Part shown: piece after piece, positions 60,101 through 64,000 of the stretch
How positions within the stretch are numbered: the first letter of the stretch is position 1
Layout of the letters: each line of letters begins with the position of its first letter
Assembly (NCBI RefSeq): GCF_009914755.1
Contig: NC_060934.1
DNA: 64,000 nt
From: the human T2T-CHM13v2.0 reference genome, Homo sapiens
Direction: 5' to 3' (one strand)
The notes under the pieces: model-generated
What the model saw: the letters and a program-made list of their open reading frames with translations, nothing else
The model's database searches: none
What the model was told of the DNA's origin: nothing
Position numbers and translations under genes: made by a program

Positions 60101-63100
60101 TTGCAAGTGGAGATTTCAAGCGATTTGAGGCTAATCTTTGAAATGGAAATATCTTCGTGTAAAAACTACACAGAATCATTCTCAGAAACTGCTTTGTCAT
60201 CTGTGCGTTCAGTTCACAGAGTTTCACCTTTCTCTTCATAGAGCAGTTTGGAAAGACTCTGTCTGTAAAGTCTGCAAGTGATTAGTTAGAACCCTTTGAG
60301 GCCTTCGTTGGAAGTGGGATTTCTCATTTACTGCTAGACAGAAGAATTCTCAGTAAATCCTTTGTGTTGTGTGTATTCAACTCACAGAGTGGAACCTTCC
60401 TTTATTCAGAGCAGTTTTGAAACACTCTTTTTGTGGAATTTGCAAGTGGAGATTTCAAGCGATTTGACGCCAATCTTAGACATGGAAATATCTTCATATT
60501 AAAAGTACACAGAGTCATTCGTAGAAACTAGTTTGTGATGTGTGCCTTCAACTCACAGAGTTTAACCTTTCTTTTCATAGAGCAGTTGGGAAACACTCTA
60601 TTTGTAAAGTCTGCAAGTGGATATTTGGACCTCTTTGAGGCCTTCGTTGGAAACGGGATTTCTTCATATAACGCTAGACAGAAGAATTCTCAGTAACTTC
60701 TTTGTGTTGAGTGTATTCAACTCACAGAGTTGAACCTTTCTTTAGAGGGAGCAGAGGTGAAACACTCTTTTTGTGGAATTTGCTAGTGTAGATTTCAAAC
60801 GCTTCGAAGACAGTGATAGAAAAGGATATGTCTTCGTATTAAAAGTAGACAAAATCATTGTCAGAAAACTCTTTGTGATGTGTGTGTTCAACTCACAGAG
60901 TTTAACCTTTCTTTAATCGAGCAGTTTGGAAATACACTCTTTGTAAGTCTGCAGGTGGATATTTGGCCCTCTTTGAGCCCTTCTTTGGAAACGGGATTTC
61001 CTCTTATAATGCTAGACAGAAGAATTCTCAGTAACTTCTCTGTGTTGTTTGTATTCAACACACAGATTTGAATCTTCCTTTAGAGAGAGCAGATTTGAAA
61101 CACTCTGTTTTTGGAATTTGCAAGTGCAGATTTCAAGCGCTTCTAGGCCTATGGCAGAAAAGGAAATATCTTCGTATAAAAACTACACAGAATCATTCTC
61201 AACAACTACTTTGTGATGTGTGCGTTCAACTCACAGAGTTTAACCTTTCTTTTCATAGAGCAGTTTGGAAACACTCTGTTTGTAAAGCCTGCAAGTGCTT
61301 TTTTGGACTTCATTGAGGCCTTCGTTGGAAACGGGATTTCTTCATACAACGCTAGACAGAAGAATTCTCAGTCACTTCTTTGTGTTGTGTGTATTCAACT
61401 CACAGAGTTGAACCTTTCTTTAGAGAGAGCAGAGTTGAAACACTCTGTTTTTGGAATTTGCAACTGCAGATTTCAAGCGATTCTAGGCCTATGGCAGAAA
61501 AGGAAATATCTTCGTATAAAAACTACACAGAATCATTCTCAACAACTACTTTGTGATGTGTGCGTTCAACTCACAGAGTTTAACCTTTCTTTTCATAGAG
61601 CAGTTTGGAAACACTCTGTTTGTAAAGCCTGCAAGTGCTTTTTTGGACTTCATTGAGGCCTTCGTTGGAAACGGGATTTCTTCATATAATGCTAGACAGA
61701 AGAATTCTCAGTCACTTCTTTGTGTTGTGTGTATTCAAGTCACAGAGTTGAACCTTCCTTTAGACAGAGCAGTTTTGAAAAATTCTTTCTGTGGAGTTTG
61801 CAAGTGGAGATTTCAAGCGATTTGAGGCTAATCTTTGAAATGGAAATATCTTCGTGTAAAAACTACACAGAATCATTCTCAGAAACTGCTTTGTCATCTG
61901 TGCGTTCAGTTCACAGAGTTTCACCTTTCTCTTCATAGAGCAGTTTGGAAAGACTCTGTCTGTAAAGTCTGCAAGTGATTAGTTAGACCCCTTTGAGGCC
62001 TTCGTTGGAAGCGGGATTTCTCATTTACTGCTAGACAGAAGAATTCTCAGTAAATCCTTTGTGTTGTGTGTATTCAACTCACAGAGTGGAACCTTCCTTT
62101 ATTCAGAGCAGTTTTGAAAAACACTTTTTGTGGAATTTGCAAGTGGAGATTTCAAGCGATTTGACGCCAATCTTAGACATGGAAATATCTTCATATTAAA
62201 AGTACACAGAGTCATTCGTAGAAACTAGTTTGTGATGTGTGCCTTCAACTCACAGAGTTTAACCTTTCTTTTCATAGAGCAGTTTGGAAACACTCTATTT
62301 GTAAAGTCTGCAAGTGGATATTTGGACCTCTTTGAGGCCTTCGTTGGAAACGGGATTTCTTCATATAATGCTAGACAGAAGAATTCTCAGTAACTTCTTT
62401 GTGTTGTGTGTATTCAACTCACAGAGTTGAACCTTTCTTTAGAGGGAGCAGAGGTGAAACACTCTTTTTGTGGAATTTGCTAGTGTAGATTTCAAACGCT
62501 TCGAAGACAGTGATAGAAAAGGATATATCTTCGTATTAAAAGTAGACAAAATCATTCTCAGAAAACTCTTTGTGATGTGTGTGTTCAACTCACAGAGTTT
62601 AACCTTTCTTTAATCGAGCAGTTTGGAAATACACTCTTTGTAAGTCTGCAGGTGGATATTTGGCCCTCTTTGAGCCCTTCGTTGGAAACGGGATTTCCTC
62701 ATATAATGCTAGACAGAAGAATTCTCAGTAACTTCTTTGTGTTGTTTGTATTCAACACACAGATTTGAACCTTCCTTTAGAGAGAGCAGATTTGAAACAC
62801 TCTGTTTTTGGAATTTGCAAGTGCAGATTTCAAGCGCTTCTAGGCCTATGGCAGAAAAGGAAATATCTTCATATAAAAACTACACAGAATCATTCTCAAC
62901 AACTACTTTGTGATGTGTGCGTTCAACTCACAGAGGTTAACCTTTCTTTTCATAGAGCAGTTTGGAAACACTCTGTTTGTAAAGCCTGCAAGTGCTTTTT
63001 TGGACTTCATTGAGGCCTTCGTTGGAAACGGGATTTCTTCATATAATGCTAGACAGAAGAATTCTCAGTCACTTCTTTGTGTTGTGTGTATTCAAGTCAC

Positions 63101-64000
63101 AGAGTTGAACCTTCCTTTAGACAGAGCAGTTTTGAAAAATTCTTTCTGTGGAGTTTGCAAGTGGAGATTTCAAGCGATTTGAGGCTAATCTTTGAAATGG
63201 AAATATCTTCGTGGAAAAACTACACAGAATCATTCTCAGAAACTGCTTTGTCATCTGTGCGTTCAGTTCACAGAGTTTCACCTTTCTCTTCATAGAGCAG
63301 TTTGGAAAGACTCTGTCTGTAAAGTCTGCAAGTGATTAGTTAGACCCCTTTGAGGCCTTCGTTGGAAGCGGGATTTCTCATTTACTGCTAGACAGAAGAA
63401 TTCTCAGTAAATCCTTTGTGTTGTGTGTATTCAACTCACAGAGTGGAACCTTCCTTTATTCAGAGCAGTTTTGAAACACTCTTTTTGTGGAATTTGCAAG
63501 TGGAGATTTCAAGCGATTTGACGTCAATCTTAGACATGGAAATATCTTCATATTAAAAGTACACAGAATCATTCGTAGAAACTAGTTTGTGATGTGTGCC
63601 TTCAACTCACAGAGTTTAACCTTTCTTTTCATAGAGCAGTTCGGAAACATTCTATTTGTAAAGTCTGCAAGTGGATATTTGGACCTCTTTGAGGCCTTCG
63701 TTGGAAAAGGGATTTCTTCATATAACGCTAGACAGAAGAATTCTCAGTAACTTCTTTGTGTTGTGTGTATTCAACTCACAGAGTTGAACCTTTCTTTAGA
63801 GAGAGCAGAGTTGAAACACTCTTTTTGTGGAATTTGCTAGTGCAGATTTCAAACGCTTCGAAGACAGTGATAGAAAAGGATATATCTTCGTATTAAAACT
63901 AGACAAAATCATTCTCAGAAAACACTTTGTGATGTGTGTGTTCAACTCACAGAGTTTAACCTTTCTTTAATCGAGCAGTTTGGAAATACACTCTTTGTAA

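Larger units (their letters stand above)
1..64000 (+). repeat. Alpha-satellite higher-order repeat array, suprachromosomal family 1 (dimeric), highly homogeneous (active-type centromeric array)
   Basis: Continuous ~170-bp monomers with alphoid motifs (cattctcagaaact, ttcaactcacagagtttaacctttct, agagcagtttggaaacactct, tgcaagtggatatttgg). GAATTC recurs at 272, 611, 951, 1291, 1630, 1970, 2308, 2648 (338-340 bp spacing). CENP-B box in every second monomer. HOR copies differ by only scattered SNVs. No non-satellite sequence seen. Confidence 0.99.
1..64000 (+). other. D10Z1: Probable human chromosome 10 centromere array D10Z1 (S1C10H1L)
   Basis: SF1 organisation with co-existing 1357-bp 8-mer and 1019-bp 6-mer. 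One RsaI site per HOR (GTAC 772-775, dimer C) and a PstI site in dimer D (CTGCAG 2235-2240), matching my recollection of the chr10 RsaI 6-mer and RsaI/PstI 8-mer units. D12Z3 (8-mer) and D7Z1 (6-mer) are SF1 alternatives not excluded without alignment. Confidence 0.75.

Noticed and set aside
272-63058. The 6/8/10 order as an encoded message or a previously undescribed system
   Set aside because: The order is adequately explained by nested duplications, unequal crossover and conversion; nothing in the sequence supports a coding or programmed function.
5-63295. About 200 short ORFs (63-92 aa) in a few recurring families (MCCVYSS..., MMCAFNS..., MCIQLTE..., MCVQLTE...)
   Set aside because: They are overlapping translations of satellite monomers in several frames, mostly from TTG/GTG starts, with no recognisable domain. 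They recur only because the DNA repeats, and are useful only as positional markers.
1-64000. CRISPR-like regularly spaced conserved motifs (gctagacagaagaattctcagt every ~340 bp)
   Set aside because: The intervening sequence is itself repeated and far longer than spacers; there are no unique spacers and no cas genes.
1-64000. Embedded L1/Alu/other insertion or non-alphoid island
   Set aside because: Unit lengths sum exactly to the distance between the first and last markers (62787 bp), leaving no room for an insertion; no poly-A tail or target-site duplication seen.

Overview
The whole 64 kb window is one uninterrupted, single-orientation array of primate (most likely human) centromeric alpha-satellite DNA. 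It consists of ~170-bp monomers alternating CENP-B-box and pJalpha-type monomers, with an EcoRI site every ~340 bp, which is the suprachromosomal family 1 (J1/J2 dimeric) pattern. Four dimer types, defined here between EcoRI sites (B 339 bp, C 340, D 338, A 340), plus a chimeric A' dimer build the higher-order repeats (HORs). Between 272 and 63058 I count 46 complete HORs from marker spacing: 14 six-mers (B-C-A', 1018-1019 bp), 18 eight-mers (B-C-D-A, 1357 bp), 13 ten-mers (B-C-D-A-A', 1697 bp) and one twelve-mer (B-C-D-A-A'-A', 2037 bp). An 8-mer/6-mer pair with one RsaI site per HOR and one PstI site per 8-mer best fits the chromosome 10 active array D10Z1 (S1C10H1L); this is recalled, not aligned. 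I see no genes, RNA genes, transposon insertions, inversions or CRISPR, and all listed ORFs are repeat artefacts. I found no new coding system. The interesting signal is structural: chimeric monomers, a crossover junction mapping to the CENP-B box, HOR haplotypes with paired dead CENP-B boxes, and nested multi-kb super-repeats (2.7, 3.1, 4.4, 6.1, 8.8 and 9.8 kb offsets). All counts are manual reads and should be verified computationally.
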